Shown: positions 31,538-53,460 of the stretch, one piece after another
Position numbering within the stretch: the first letter of the stretch is position 1
Layout of the letters: each line of letters opens with the position of its first letter
Source: the human T2T-CHM13v2.0 reference genome, Homo sapiens
NCBI RefSeq assembly: GCF_009914755.1
Contig: NC_060928.1
Length of the DNA: 64,000 nucleotides
Reading direction: 5' to 3' (one strand)
Notes under the pieces: generated by a model
Seen by the model: only the letters and a program-made list of their open reading frames with translations
What the model was told of the DNA's origin: nothing
Database searches by the model: none
Translations under genes and position numbers: made by a program

Positions 31538-32500
31538 GTTTAACACCTGATTTTAAGGGCTTTCCTCAGATTGGAATATAATTGGACAAATTTAGCTTAT
31601 CTGATTACATCCATTAGATATTAGTTTAAATTTATAAATGACAGCAGAGGACACAAAGTTAATTAAACCTGTGCCAGTACATTCATCACAATCATGACTG
31701 GTCACCTTGGAGCCTCAAATGAAGTTAAACCTGTACATATGCCTGCTAAGTTATCTGATATTTTTAGAAGAAAAATTAAACAAAATGCAAACTTTTTTAT
31801 GACGAAGAAAAATAAAGCTAAAATGTAAAAGAATATCTACCTTTTTCTCCCTCTTAGAATAAAGAAGATACTCAGTCAAGATGTCATACATACCAGTAAT
31901 ACTGGATTAGAAGAAAAAGAATGATGCATTTTCTTGGAGTTTGCTTAGTCACACCGGGTTTTCTATGATATTTTTTGGGGGAGTGTCAGCACTCACGAAT
32001 GACAAGCAGTTGTGTGCTTGTACATCATACTCAGCACTGGAATTCAATTCAGAATTAACACTGCCTCAAATATCAAATAAAAACAGATGTTACAGTCCTA
32101 AATCTAATAGTCCTTGGAGAATGACAGGGTGGAGAATAGCATCAGAGACAGAATGAGAATGAATGAGGGAGTCACAGTCACTCCTGTACCTTCTCATTGG
32201 TTCCGTAAGCACTAGTTAAATTGGATATAGGTCAATAACCTAAAATTCAACATCTTACCAACCAAATTCATCTCACAGAGGTGTATTTCTCATTCGGTGT
32301 TCCTTTTCACTACAATAAGTACCACCTTCCCCACCTAATCAAACCCAAAACGTCAAGCAATCTTTAATGTTTTCATTCTCTCTGATATTTCACATTGAAT
32401 TATTTATTAGATTGGTTTTTCTACCTCAGAAATATGTCTGAAATATTAATATTCTTTCTTATGCCATCATCACTGAAGTTCAAAAAATTACCACTGTAGG

Positions 32501-32796
32501 TTTTTGTTTGTTTGTTTGAGACAGGGTCTTGCTCTGTCACCCAGGCTGGAGTGTAGCGATGTGATCTCGGCTCATTGCAACCTTAACCTCCTGGATTCAA
32601 GTGATTCTCCTGCCTCAGCCTCTGTGCCTCAGCCTCCGAAGTAGCTGGGATTACAGGCGTGCATGCGCCATGCCACTCGGCTAATTTGTGTATTTTTTAG
32701 TAGAGATTGACCAGGCTGGTCTTGGACTCCTGATCTCAAGTCATCCGCCTGCCTCGGCCTCCCAAAGTGCTGTGATTACAGGCACCAAGCCCAGCC
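32501..32796 (-). mobile_element. Alu (J/S) with internal TGCCTCAGCCTC duplication and deletions
   Basis: (TTTG)n tail; approximate TSD ACCA(C/T)TGTA. Confidence 0.9.
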
Positions 32797-32881
32797 AACC
32801 ATTGTACACAGTTTCTAGTCACCCTCTTCATGTCTATGATTGCTGTCTCTAGTTCATTCATGGCCCAGAAATCAGAGGGAT

Positions 32882-33198
32882 TTTTTTTTTTTTTTCAGAA
32901 GGATTCTCCCACTGTCTCTTGGGCTGGAGTGCAGTGGCGCAATTTCGGCTCACAGCAACTTCTGCCTCCCGGGTTCAAGAGATTTTCCTGCCTCAGCCTC
33001 TTGAGTAGCTGGGATTACAGGTGCATGCCGCCACGCCCTGCTAACTTTTTTTCTTTCTTTTTTTTTTTTTTTGTAATTTTAGTAGAGACGGGGTTTCACT
33101 GTGTTGGCCAGGCTGGTCTCGAACTCCTGACCTCATGATCCACCCGCCTCGGCCTCCCAAAGTTCTGGGATTAGAGGCGTGAGCCACTGCACCTGGCC
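32882..33198 (-). mobile_element. AluSg-like with expanded middle A-rich linker
   Basis: TSD AGAGGGAT at 32874-32881 and 33199-33206; CTGACCTCATGATCC. Confidence 0.93.
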
Positions 33199-33835
33199 AG
33201 AGGGATCTTTTAAACAACAGAAATCTGATCATGTCATTGTTTTCTTGCTTTCTTAAAATTGTACAGTACCTTCCCATTTTCTTAATATCAAAAATCCTTA
33301 AAAACTACTGACAGTTGGTCCTTATAGCTCTAGCTTCATCTTTTGTAACTTTACCTTTGTCCTTGATGCTACAAATCTTCTAAACTTCTTTCAGTTTTCA
33401 AGCACTATATAAGAAATTTATTATATAGTTCTGGGACTTTTTGTGTTTAGGGGATATTTGCATGGGATGCTATTACTTCATCCTCATCCTATTCCTATTC
33501 ATTCTTTTGTGTCAGTTTAAGAATAAATTAAATGGGTCTTCCTCATCTTTAGGCAGCTTTAAATTCCATTTTAACTCAATGCCTTGGTGTATTGAATTTC
33601 ATCTTTTCCAAAATATTTGAAACTTCCATTTCAGTTCAATGTCCTGCTTAATCCTAATGCCTAGGTCTTCCAGGACTTTATCTGTCTTGTTCATAATTGA
33701 CCTCTTCATTTTTACTATAAGTCCTGGAACGTGGTAGATGCTTGATAAGTATTGATTGAGTCAAATTGAATAAAATATATAAGAATGATAAAAATGTGTA
33801 GCAGCTTCCTTTAAAATGCTCAAAACTAGAGATTT

Positions 33836-33912
33836 CAAAATCTCAGAAATCACCACTAAGAACTTATCCATGTAACCAAACACCGACTGTTCCCCAAAAC
33901 CCCAAAAAATAA
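33836..33912 (+). mobile_element. Very short L1PB-type 3' end
   Basis: CAAAATCTCAGAAATCACCACTAAGAACTTATCCATGTAACCAAACACC..TTCCCCAAAA. Confidence 0.75.
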
Positions 33913-34052
33913 TTCTACCTATATTGTCAAAAACTACATTTTATTTCACTGATTTGCACATAAGAATTGTTTGTATGTGTATGAATGTATGTTTGTAGCT
34001 GTGCAAGAGAGGATGGAAGGTGAAAGGAAAACAGGCATGAGCAACAAAGGCA

Positions 34053-34056
<4 letters not shown>

Positions 34057-34086
<30 letters not shown>
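34057..34086. repeat. (TA)15 microsatellite
   Basis: Perfect TA run. Confidence 0.97.
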
Positions 34087-34088
<2 letters not shown>

Positions 34089-36002
34089 GAAAAGGACTGT
34101 GAGGAACACTTTGGCTTTCTTTTATCAAAGGCCCTGCCATGTTCTGAAGTCTTTTCTGGACCTCTTGGTATTGTATGTATAATCTTATATACCAAAACAA
34201 ATATGGCTATAAAATTCAAATAGCAATCCACTTGAGAATAAATCATAGCATACCCTGCTATTTTTGTCTGCCTTCCTTTAAAGATGTGAAGATCTGAAAG
34301 GATATATGAAACCTAATCCCTTCCTGTGGTTAAAAAAAATATTAAGAACAAACTACATGCAAGTCTCAGCACATACTTGCAGTCACTCCAAAGTAAATGT
34401 TTTCTCTATACCTTGGGGAAAAAGTGATTTTGTGACTCTCTGCTTTGCAAATCAGCTGATTTTTTTTTCAAAGACAGCCTCCTTGAGAAGTATGTATACT
34501 TTAGAAGCATCACTTTTCCAAAACTCTACGCCTTGGAATAGTATTGCCTTGAGATTTTTAGATGTTAAAAAAGGGCACCCTACATTTTTTGGAAGATGGG
34601 TTGCATTTAGCTGTATCATACTATTAAAGTATTGCAGCAAAATATGAGTAGCATGGAACCTAGACTTTTCAAACATTTTATCATTCAACTAAACCTTGTT
34701 GTATTTTCATACCTATTAAAATCTGTGTCATTCAGTAACAATTCACAAAATCCTAGTTTAATGAGAAAGAAAATGAATTCCAAACTAGCAACCTTATCAT
34801 TCTCTTTTCCCCCTCAAAAAGCCTATCTAGCCTCAGTCATCATTCTTAAAATGACAATAATCACACCTATTGCATAGTAGTAGAGTGAGAATTAATTGGG
34901 AGTTATATACCAGATTTCTACTCAAAATCTCATTTCTCTTCTATGCTCCAAACCATAGAAAAAAAATTACAACAAATTACTTATATAAAAATATTTAGCA
35001 GATTTGTTAATGTTTCCTCAAAGGGGAAATATCGCATACTTTTATTATTGTTACTGTAACATTTGTGCAATGCCTTAAACCGCAGTGTTCTTTGCACTAG
35101 GGGAACTTCAAACGTGGAGGTTCTGTACAAATTCTGTCTGTTGCCATCAAATGTCATATAGCTGAATGGCAAGCATTATCATGCCTGTGCTCTGCTAGGG
35201 GAGCACCTGATTGGCTCTACAATCGAAGTACAGGGGGATGCATTTTACAGAGGAACAAAACAACTGCAGAAACAATTACTCTGAAAGCTGTTTTACATTC
35301 AGATCACTCTCGGTATGTCTGCAAATCATAAATAGGCTTCAAAGAATGAAAAGTCAGAAATTGGAGCTCATAGCATATGGGTTTCTAGACAAATCTAGAC
35401 GTGGAATTGAAAATGACTAAATTTGATTTCCTTGTCAAAATTGTGTTTTCACAGTAATCTGAACTTTATCCTGTCTCCGTTCTCCCCACCTCCCCCGGAG
35501 CCCAATATCGAACAAGTGTTTGAGTAAAGAAAAATCCAAGCTAACAGGAAAACTATAACACTACAGAGTAAACACTCACAGCAGCATCTGTCTAAGGAGT
35601 CATACTTCAGAGAGCAAATGACTTTTTTCCTGAGAGAACTGCTGTTAGCTAATATATGACAGTTCATGGGCTTTCACTGTAGTCAACCAGAAGCAAAAAA
35701 TTAGACTGAAACTTGCAGACTGAAGCTTACGGAATTTGACTGTAATGGAAATTATCGGCAAGAATCTTGGTTATTCAAAGTTTCAGTGATTTTCCCATAT
35801 GCATTTTTGCTGAATTCATGTTTAAGAAACAGGAAAGTCAAACCATGATTTTGCTTTTGAAAAGGCAAGAAAATACTAAAATATAAAGCTTTGAAATTAT
35901 ACATTGCTTCGTTAATTCTTAAGATCTACAGATCTGATTACATGTAAGTTTCTGTATTGCGTCTCAAAGGATAGATAAGCAAATTAGAAAATAGCAAATA
36001 TT

Positions 36003-39935
<3,933 letters not shown>

Positions 39936-40412
39936 TAGAAAATAGCAAATATTGTGTATAAATCTTTGGAATGTGTTAAAGCCCTTTCATCTGGTATTAA
40001 GGTGAGAGGAAACATGAGACATAGGAAAGTTACTTCAGCACCAGATATGTTGGGGAAGCAATTCAATTGAATAATGGAATGCTTCAGCTTCTAAAGTTAA
40101 AATTTGTCTTTAAGGAGAATCACAAACAAGTTTATTTATCTAAATTATATTTCATTTGATGTGTTGATTTTTGGTACATGACAAACTATTATCTTTGGTC
40201 TAAATATAAACTTCTTTTATTAATCTTTGGTTTATTCACATTTTTAGTTACTCATTTAATAATATAATGAATTCCTATTAATATTAATCCACTGGCCAAA
40301 CTAAACACTAGATCCTTATAAATAACACTTCTGAGGGCTCCTCTACCAAATCATTCCTCTATCGTGCCCACTTCCAGAGGAAAACCTATTCTAAATTTTG
40401 CATTTATTATTT

Positions 40413-40807
40413 CCAGTGGATGCTGAAATTAGCTGCCTGGATCATCTACTCGAGACAGAAGAACTCATTCAGGCAAGTGCTGGTGGTGTTGGTGATTGAC
40501 AGGTCTTCTTGTTTCCCCCTTTTGGAATTGCCTGAGAGTCTCCTCATCCAAGGTCACTTCCTTTTTCAGAGGCAGCATGCATAGAACCAGTGCGTGAGGA
40601 TGGGGAGGCACTGGGAGTTATACAGCTCTGGCTCTAGTGTTCCAATGTAGTACCAGTCTACAGAGATATCCCAACTCGAGTTCTTTCTGGGGGCTATTAA
40701 GGCTATTTTTGAGACTATATCTCACTCCAGTCACTCCTTATTCTTTCACTTTGTATACAGATATCTCCTTCACATATTTTATTTTCTAGGGAATCCCATC
40801 TTTGACA
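40413..40807 (+). mobile_element. LTR16-like ERVL solo LTR
   Basis: GTGGATGCTG..ACTCATTC..CCAAGGTCAC..GGGAATCCCATCTTTGACA matches recalled LTR16C. Confidence 0.65.
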
Positions 40808-40829
40808 TGATTCTTGTTCTCTTTTTAAC

Positions 40830-41946
40830 AAATAATGCAGAAGTAATTGTATATCCATAAGCAAAAGAAAAAAACCTTGACTTAAACCTCACTCTTATAC
40901 AAAAATTAACTCAAATAGATAATGGACTCACATGTAAAATTATAAAATTTTAGAAAAAAGAATGAAAGATTTGCCACATGAAAAGATTTTCAAAATCATT
41001 AGCTTTGAGGAAAATGCAAATTAAGTCACAATGAGATACATTTATACACCTATCAGAATAGCTAAAATAAAAAATGCTGACAAGCCCAAATGCTGATGAA
41101 GATGTGGAAAAATGGATCACTCGTATATTGCTGGTAGGAATGTAAAATGAAACAGCCACTCTGGAAAACAGTTTAGCATTTTTCTATTATATAATACTAA
41201 ACACATAATAACCATATAACCCAGCGATTGCACACTTGAAACATGTTTCCCGGAGAAATGGAAACTTTTGTTTATGAAAAATAAAACCCTATCTATGAAG
41301 AATAGCAACTTTATTCATAATAAATGAAAACTGGGAGCAGCCCAGATTCCCTTTAAAGGTGATTATGAAACAAACTGTGTTGTTTTTCTGCCATGGACTA
41401 CTACTAGCTATCAAAATAGAAAAATCATTGACACATGCAGCAACATGGATGAATCAAGGAGTTCTACAGAATTATACAGGTGAATAAGGGTGAAAAAAGC
41501 CAATCCCAAAAGCCTCCGTACTGCATGGTCTTACTTACATATCAGATTCTTGAAATAACAAACTATGGAAGTATAGAATAGAGCAGGGATTACTAGGGTT
41601 TAGTGATGAGGCTGGGATGGTATGGCTACAAAAGGGCAACACAGGAAATCCTTGGGATAGAATTGTTCTGTATGTTAACTGTAGTCCTGGATGCAGAAAT
41701 CTACATGTAAAAACATTTTATTAAACTAAGTATACACACACGAATAAGTACAAGTTAACTTGTAAAATCTGAATAAAATTGATGGTTTGTAACAACCTTA
41801 ATATTCTGGTTGTGATTTTCTACAGTTTTGCAAGATATTACTAATAGAAGAAATGGCATGAAGGGTACATGGGAACTTTTGTGCTATTTCTTACACTTGT
41901 ATGTACATCTACAACTATTTCAAAATCATAATTCTAATTTAAAAAT
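40830..41946 (+). mobile_element. L1MC/MD 3' fragment
   Basis: GGAAAATGCAAATTAAG, GCTGGTAGGAATGTAAAATG, ACACATGCAGCAACATGGATGAAT; 3' end CTACAACTATTTCAAAA. Confidence 0.85.
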
Positions 41947-41949
41947 GTA

Positions 41950-43350
<1,401 letters not shown>

Positions 43351-45019
43351 GTCAGCTTTCTTTTATTTGCTCATTGCCTAAAAATGTGAGCTAATTACTA
43401 CGAATATAAAAAATTTTATATCATTTCTTCTGAGAACAGAAAATAATCAACATCCAGTACATTAGATTACACTGGTATCACTTGTGGTTCAAGAAACAAC
43501 ACAACTTATTAACAATTTTATAGTAAACTTACTTTACATTGGAGTTTATTATTTCTAAATATTCATTTGGAAGAACAAGGTATTAAAAATGTAGATGAGT
43601 TTTAGCCATTTCTTTAATTATTTATGAATCATCTATGATACAGCATAAGTCCCCTTTTTTGTTTCCCTCTTAGCATTATTTTATAAGATGTATGAAAGCT
43701 AAAAATTTCCCCTCCTGAAAAAGAGTAACAATAAAAGCTTATATTTACTAAAATATCTTCACATATTTTCATTCTTAGAATGAAGAGTCTCCTGAATAAG
43801 AAAAATTCGGTAGCTTTATGTACAATATTATATTCTACATTCTAATAAATCTGTTATCACCTTCATAAGCACCTTAAGTAGGCCTCACTCTAGGCTATAT
43901 CACCATGTACATTTTAGGCAGACAACTACAGAAACAGAGATATAAGTAAGACCATTTAGAAGAAAAGACAAATAAACAACAGAATAAACTCTTTAAGCGG
44001 GTAAGCCCCTAATGCATTAACTAATAAAGGAAATAAAATGGTCCTCTTTTTCATTCAAATGTGTCAAATAGGTTAGAAAGCAATAAAAAAAAGATGTTTT
44101 CTGTACTGTAAAATATTTACCTGATATTATTAGGCCCTGTCCCAGTTGTAGCAATTAAATAACACTGATCTTTTTACGAATAACAAATTTTGTGCTCTTG
44201 ACAAATAATTAGAATATTCTGAAGCTTTCCACTTGGCAAGTTTTGAAAAAGTCTTAGAAAATAAGGTCATTGCTTTTCCCATTTAGTGGATGTCTAGGGA
44301 TTCAATAAAATTTCTGACCTTGTTTTTGTTGTTGTTTTCTGCAACATTTCATTTGTTTAAACTGCTTGATGTAAAAAGAAATTCCATTCTTATTCAAAGC
44401 CTCATGGAAACAGAACAGGCACTGACCATTAATGCATGTCCAATTTAGCCTGATCTTCCAACGTAGGGTATTTAACATGGTTGATAGCAATTACTGTGCA
44501 CAGTTTTTCAACTTTTTCTCCCAGGCACATAGTTGCCTTGTCTATCTTTCAAAACCACAGTTCTAATCATGTAAAACCTCCCAGCTCCCATCTTGAAATG
44601 CCCATGGCTATCCATTGATTTCAGATCTATACTGGCAGTGTTTGACCTAACTCTCAAAGCTAGATTACCTCCTAACTGGGTGTGAATTTACATTTACAAA
44701 TTCATTTCATACTATTTGCTTTCATGACCTATGGACCAAACTTAGGGATGATACATATGCTACCCTTTAATCATGTTGCTTTCTCTTTTTGGTTGGTCCT
44801 TTATCCTACCTTTACACATTCCAATATTAACCATCCTTTATTGTCCTGCTCACATAGGATTGCAACTCTTCAATGAACCCTGCCTTAGGCCCCTCTAAGC
44901 TACAAATATCCTCTCCTTCCTCTGAATTACAAATTAGCACATTACGTGGGGAAAATAGAAAGTATGACTTCTATTATAATGTGTTTGCATGCCTTCAATT
45001 TCCCAGCAACTTTTCATTT

Positions 45020-46030
45020 ATGTGGTCTTTTATGATTGGCTTCTTTCACTTATCATAATGTCATGAAGGTTCATTTATGTTGTAGCACTTATCATACTTA
45101 CTGCTTTATAGAGCTGAATAACGTTCCATCATATGGATATACATTTTATTTATCTATTCATGAGCTGATGAATATTTGAGTTGTTTCCACTTTTGGGCTA
45201 TTATAAATAATGGTGCTATAAACATTTATGTACAAGGTTTTGTGGGAATATATGTTTTCAGTATATATACCTGGGAGTAGAATGTCTGGATCATATGATT
45301 ACTCTGTGTTCAATCATTTGGGGACCTGCTAGACTGTTTTCCAGAGCAGCTGCACTGTTTTACATTTCTACAACCAGTGAAAGATGGCTCCAATTTCTCC
45401 ACATCTTTGGCAACATTATTATTATTTTAAAATTATTATAGTTATCCCAGTGGATATGAAATGCTGTCTTAATGGGATTCTGATTTAAATATGTACTGTC
45501 TTTTATTCTGTTGAAGTGGTATATTACACTCATTGATTTTCAGATATTAAATCGACTTTTCTTTCCCAGAACAAATCCCAAATTGGTCATGGTGTATAAT
45601 CCTTTATTTTTTTCTTTTAAAAATTTTGTAAAAATTTAAGGGGATACAAGTGCAATTGTGTTACGTGGATATATTGTGCAGTGATGAAGTCTTGGCTTTT
45701 AGTATATCCATCACTCAAATAATATAAATTGTAACCATTAAGTAATTTCTCATCACCAATCCCCATTCTGCCCCCACTATTCTGAGTCTCCAATGTCTAT
45801 CTTTCCACTCTCTATATCCATGTGTACATATGTATAATACTTTACACAAAATGTTACATTGCATGTACTAGTATTTTGCGGAGTATTTTGATGTCTGTAT
45901 TCATAAAAGATATTGGCCTGTAGTTTTCTCATGATGTCATTATCTGGCTTTGGTGTCAGGATAATACTGGCTTGATATGATGGGTTGAGAACTGTTCTCT
46001 CCTCTTCTACTTTTGAAAGAGTTTGTAAAT
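45020..46030 (-). mobile_element. L1MB/MC fragments
   Basis: AGGTTCATTTATGTTGTAGCA, TTGAGTTGTTTCCACTTTTGGGCTATT, GATATTGGCCTGTAGTTTTCT. Confidence 0.8.
45607..45830 (-). mobile_element. Short L1PB/L1MA 3' end nested in an older L1
   Basis: TSD TGTATAAT(C/A)CTTTA at 45593-45606 and 45831-45844; GGATACAAGTGCAATT..GGCTTTTAGT. Confidence 0.8.
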
Positions 46031-46564
46031 ATTTGTTTTCTTATTGTTTTGTAGTTCATCTATTGTAAAACAATTTCTTTGCTTAATCTAAAATTTATTG
46101 TTTGTATAAAAAAAGATTTCTTTTTATATTAACAGATAACCAATTGGAGCAGCATTTGTTAAATTATATTCTTAATATCATTGATTTGGAAAGTTATTTC
46201 ATAATATTAAATTTATTGATATACTCTTTTAAGTATCTCAGTCCTCGTTTTCTTTATCAAACATGACTTAGCTTTTTCTACTTTCTTATTTGTCTGGATT
46301 GTCTAGAGTATGGAGTCATTCTTTCAAGGTTATCCCAGACTTCCTGGCTGCCGCAGTGGTATTGTTCCCCTGGCAATGCCTGTATAATATTGTGCTCCTC
46401 AATACAGCGTGTTCAGTTTTATAATTAATGAAAGTCTCTTCCACAGTTTAACTAATTGATTGAATACTATGAGGTTTTTCAATATTGTTGAAAATTTAAA
46501 TATATTTCTGGAGTTTTCACAGGTAAAACATTTGATAAACCTTCATGGGGCAAAAAAAAAAAAA

Positions 46565-46822
46565 GAATAATATACTTGTCAAAATCCATAGAACTGTACA
46601 ACACAAAGATTGAATCCTAATGTCAACTACAAATGTTAGTTAATAACGATGTATCAATATTTGGTTCATGAATTGTAACAAATGTACTACACTAAAGCAA
46701 GGTGTCAATAGCACCAAAAACTTTGAACAGGAGGAAAGAAGGTATATGGGAACTCTGTGTGCTTTCTGCTCAATTTTTCTGTCAATATAAAAGTGCTTCA
46801 AAATAAAGTCAATCAATTTAAA
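46565..46822 (+). mobile_element. L1MC-type 3' end
   Basis: GTCAAAATCCATAGAACTGTACAACACAAAG..GTATATGGGAACTCTGTGTGCTTTCTGCTCAATTTT. Confidence 0.8.
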
Positions 46823-47579
46823 ATAGATTAATTATATGTAAGACATTTTGAAGAACTATATAAATCATAGCTGGTTTTAAAAGCAGATATTAGGTATAGA
46901 TAGGGTCACTTGGCAAAATAGAGCTTCACAGTTTCACACTAGCACGCATTACCAGTGCATTCTTTCCTTTTACTCCACTCCCCTCTGCAGATCCTCTGCA
47001 GATACACAGTCCTTCCTATCCCTTGTGACCTGTTTTGTTTGTTTGTTTTAAGAAATAGGTCTCTGCTCAATAATATTTAAATGATCACAACTGTGACAGT
47101 AGCATGCCCTTTTCCATCTGACTTAGCTGGTAGTTTCTCTTTATGTCTGGGTCTTGATAAACCCTTGAAGGTAATATGACTGAGATAGCAGCATCACTTC
47201 TCTATTGGGCTGTTGCTTCCCAATAAGTCATAGCAAAGAATAAAGTTTATCTAATTCCATGTACAAGCAAACACTGAAATAACCTGAATACTCATTATAT
47301 AGAATTAAATAACTTAAAATTTAATCAAGAGTAGAATATTTTCCTGCTATCAAAATGAAATTTTAATGAACATTTAATAACATGGACAACATTCTCAATA
47401 TGTTAATTGGAAAAATAAAAATAAAAATCTGTGTATACATATGAAAGAAAATACATCAAAATGAGCTACCCTATCTAGAATTTCCTGGGAGAACCAAAAA
47501 AATACATTTGAAATAAATAAATTCTATACTCTGCCATGCATGTACATATGACATTAAGTTGTCTTTTAGAGAAACTGCT

Positions 47580-48200
47580 TAAAATTTTTCTATTTTGGTA
47601 CAATTTTAGATTGACAGAAGAGTTGTAAATATAATGGAAATAGTTCTTACATATTGTAATATTGATATCTTTCATAACCATGAGGTATTCATTGAAAATA
47701 AGAAATTATTGTGAAGCACTAAAATATATGCTACATATTTTATTTGGATTCACCAGTTTCCCCTCTAATGTCTTTTTCTCTTCCACAATATCTTATTCCA
47801 TCTAGTTGTCATATTTCCCTTGTGTCCTCCAATTTTGACAGTCTTACTGTGTTTTCTTCCTTTTCATAACCTTGACACTTTTGAAGAGTACTGTTCTCAT
47901 ATTTTGTTGAATGCTTCTCAATTTAGGTTTGTCTGATGATTTCATATGATTATACTGGGGTTCTGATTTTTTTGGAAGGCTACTACAAATAAGAAGTGCT
48001 CTTCTTATTGGGTGATATCAAGGAACACACAAAATCAACAAGATTTATTACTAGTGACACTAACTTTGATCACTTGGTTAAGATGCTATCTTCTGGTTTC
48101 CCTATTATAGCGTCACTTTTTTTTCTCTTTCTGCACTCTGTTCATCAGAATGAGTCACTAAGTTTAGCCACATTCAAAAGAAATTTTAAACCAATGTTTT
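47580..48200 (-). mobile_element. L1MC-type 3' UTR fragment
   Basis: AATTTTAGATTGACAGAAGAGTTG, ACCTTGACACTTTTGAAGAGTACTG, TAACTTTGATCACTTGGTTAAG. Confidence 0.7.
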
Positions 48201-49271
48201 AAACCTTTATTCTCTCCATGGCTTTAAATGGTAGGTGTCTTCCTGATTAACAATATGTGGCCTACTCATTACATATAAATTTCTGCCTCTGGAAGGTGAT
48301 GGGTTAGCTTTCAAGGTGTCACAGAGATTTCAAGTCAAAGTTACACATCCCACTTGACCATAATATTAACTCAAACTATTTGAAACCTATTTAATTATGG
48401 TGAAAATTCAAACTAAGCTCTAGCTAATGTGGATGATGAACTTATTTTAGACTTTCCACGTGAGGTGCTCCATCGTGTATTTCACATATGTCCTGATGAA
48501 GTTTAATTCAAATCATTGTGAATATTCCCTCTCTATTTGGTGCTATTTCCACAGCTATTTTGTATGATGTGATAATACACTGGAAAACAGATAGAGAGGG
48601 ATTTCTTTTTTTATTTTTATAGATAAAAATATTGTTTTATTCTGGGTACTTATAACATCAGTGATTCTAATTTTTTAAATCTTTTGGTATTCACCAAATT
48701 TTTCTCAATCTCATATATTGCCTTTATAACAACAAAAAAGATAATATTACACTTTTTTAAAGTAATGGATTTATGCAAGATATGTCTGCTAATGAAAATA
48801 TGATATGACATAGGATAAAGAAAGAACTTCAGTCTCAGAACTTCAATCTTTTTCTATTACTTAAATAAAATTGAGTGGTTCCAGTGGTTTTGGATCTCTG
48901 AGTCTTTGCTGACACTTATTACATTCTGTTCGGTTGTCCACCTATGTTCTCTCTGCTGTCATTTGCAGTGGGCTGAGGGATTCGTGAATGTCTTTCATAG
49001 AATAAAGAAAGAAATAAAAATGTCCAAAGGAAATGAAAACTTCTGGAATCGGACTGGTCCTCAAGTCATTGTAGCTTTTTACCTCAAAATATATCTTAGA
49101 TACAGGCCCTCGTCTTCATTATGTTCTGCACCACAGAATTATTTCATGCTATCATTGCATGAAACATTGCAATAGCTTGGTGACCTCTGTCACTATTCAC
49201 AGTTCAGTTAAGACAACTACATATTGTGGTCAGATTGACCTGCCTGCATTCAAACATATAATATAACTTTC

Positions 49272-49698
49272 TGTAGTAGATTGAATAGTGGGTCCCCAAA
49301 AGATACAGTCATGTCTCAGAACCTATGAATGTAACCTTGGTTGGAAAAGGAGCCTTTGTAAACATAATTAAGTTAAGGATCTCAAGATGAAGTCATCCTG
49401 GATTATCCAGATGGGCCCTAAATTCTATTATAAGTCTCCTTAGAAGAAACACGGAAGGTACTGACACACAGAGAAGAGAAGGCCGCATAAACATAGAGGC
49501 AGAAATTGAAATTATGCAGCCACAAGTCAAGAAATGCCTGGAGACACTGAAAGAAGGAAGGATTCTCCCCTAGTGTCTTCAGAAAGAGTGCAGCCCTGCT
49601 GACACCCTGATTTAAGCACTCTGGCATCTAGAATTGTGATAAAATTAATTTATGTTGTTTTAAGCTATGAAATTTGTGGAAGTTATGATAGACTAATA
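49272..49698 (+). mobile_element. MLT1B/C MaLR solo LTR
   Basis: TGTAGTAGATTGAATAGTGGGTCCCCAAAAGAT..CCCTGCTGACACC..TTGTTTTAAGC. Confidence 0.85.
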
Positions 49699-49827
49699 AG
49701 TCTTCAGAATATTTATTTGTGCCCCTCTGGTCCATGAACCCCATTTTCTGGTAGACAGAATAATGACTTCCCCAAAGATGTCCATGTCCTAATCCCCACA
49801 AGCTATGAATTTCTTATGTTACATGTG

Positions 49828-50212
49828 TATATTAATCCATTCTCATGCCACTAATAAAGACATACCCACAACTGGGTAATTTATAAAGGAAAGAGTTTAA
49901 TTGACTCACAGTTCAGCATGGCTGAGGAAACCTCAGGAAACTTACAATCATGGCAGAAGGAGTAGCAAATACATCCTTCTAGGAGTATATACCTTATGGT
50001 GACAGGAGAGAGAAAAATGAGAACTGAGCAAAGGTGGAAGCCCTTTATGAAACCATCAGAACTCATGAGAACTTACTATCACAAGAACAGGATGGGGGCA
50101 ACTTCCCTCATGATTCAATTACCTCCCACCGGGTCCCTCCCACAACATGTGGGGATTATGGGAACTACAATTCAAGATGAGATTTGGGTGAGAACACAGC
50201 CAAACCACATCA
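49828..50212 (-). mobile_element. THE1C/D MaLR solo LTR
   Basis: CTAATAAAGACATACCC..ACTACAATTCAAGATGAGATTTGGGTG..CAGCCAAACCACATCA. Confidence 0.92.
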
Positions 50213-50353
50213 ATATCAAAAAGGAGTCAAGGCTGCAGATGGAAGTAAGCTCACCTTACCTAGGTAAGATAATACTGGATTATTTGGGCAAGACCAATGT
50301 AATCACAAGAGTCTTTAGAGTGAAAGAGGGAGACAGAAGAGGAGTCAGAATCA

Positions 50354-52812
<2,459 letters not shown>

Positions 52813-53309
52813 AATAAATTTGTCTTCTTTAACCACTGAATTTATAGTCGTTTGTTATGGCATCCATAGACGCTAACACACCATATATGTTTTAAACTCT
52901 CATTAAGTAAGAAAACCATGCAGTGTTTCTCCTCTAAGCAAAGTTTAGTAGTTTAACAAACTTTTCTTTTTTTTTTCTAAAAGGTAGATTATGCATACAT
53001 TTTTTCTTCTTACATGCTTGTCATATTTTTAATTTTTTTTCTGTAATTAAATGCAATTGGTAATTTTTGAAAAGAACAACTATTTCCCCAGGGAAAGAAA
53101 ACAATTGGCTTCATTTCTTTGGATACATAATTGCCTTATTTGTACCTTGAATTACTCAGACATGCTTGACTGATTGGACTGAAATATAAATCATGTTTTT
53201 AATAAATATTATTTCACGATGAACATGTTCCTGCTGTTAATAAAAAATAGGCTAATAAATAAAATCACAATAACATAAACAACATGAGAAAGATAGGGAA
53301 GATGAAAAT

Positions 53310-53460
53310 AAATTTGGACTAAAAATTAAGAAACATATACTCCAATTCTGGTTTCGACATAAACAAAAAGTAAGCAAATTACAGAACCATTATAGCTCTT
53401 AATTTCCTCCTCTATGAAGTAAGGAATGAACTTAGTATGTAATTCAAGGATTCTACTTCT
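53310..53460 (+). mobile_element. MIR remnant
   Basis: TTTGGACT..AGCAAATTAC..CTCTTAATTTCCTCCTCTATGAAGTAAGG. Confidence 0.55.

Noticed and set aside
32830-33277. 102-aa and 78-aa ORFs
   Set aside because: Alu-derived translations
35827-35949. Good donor CAT|GTAAGT with a possible upstream exon
   Set aside because: Weak acceptor and stops in all frames; not included in the exon model
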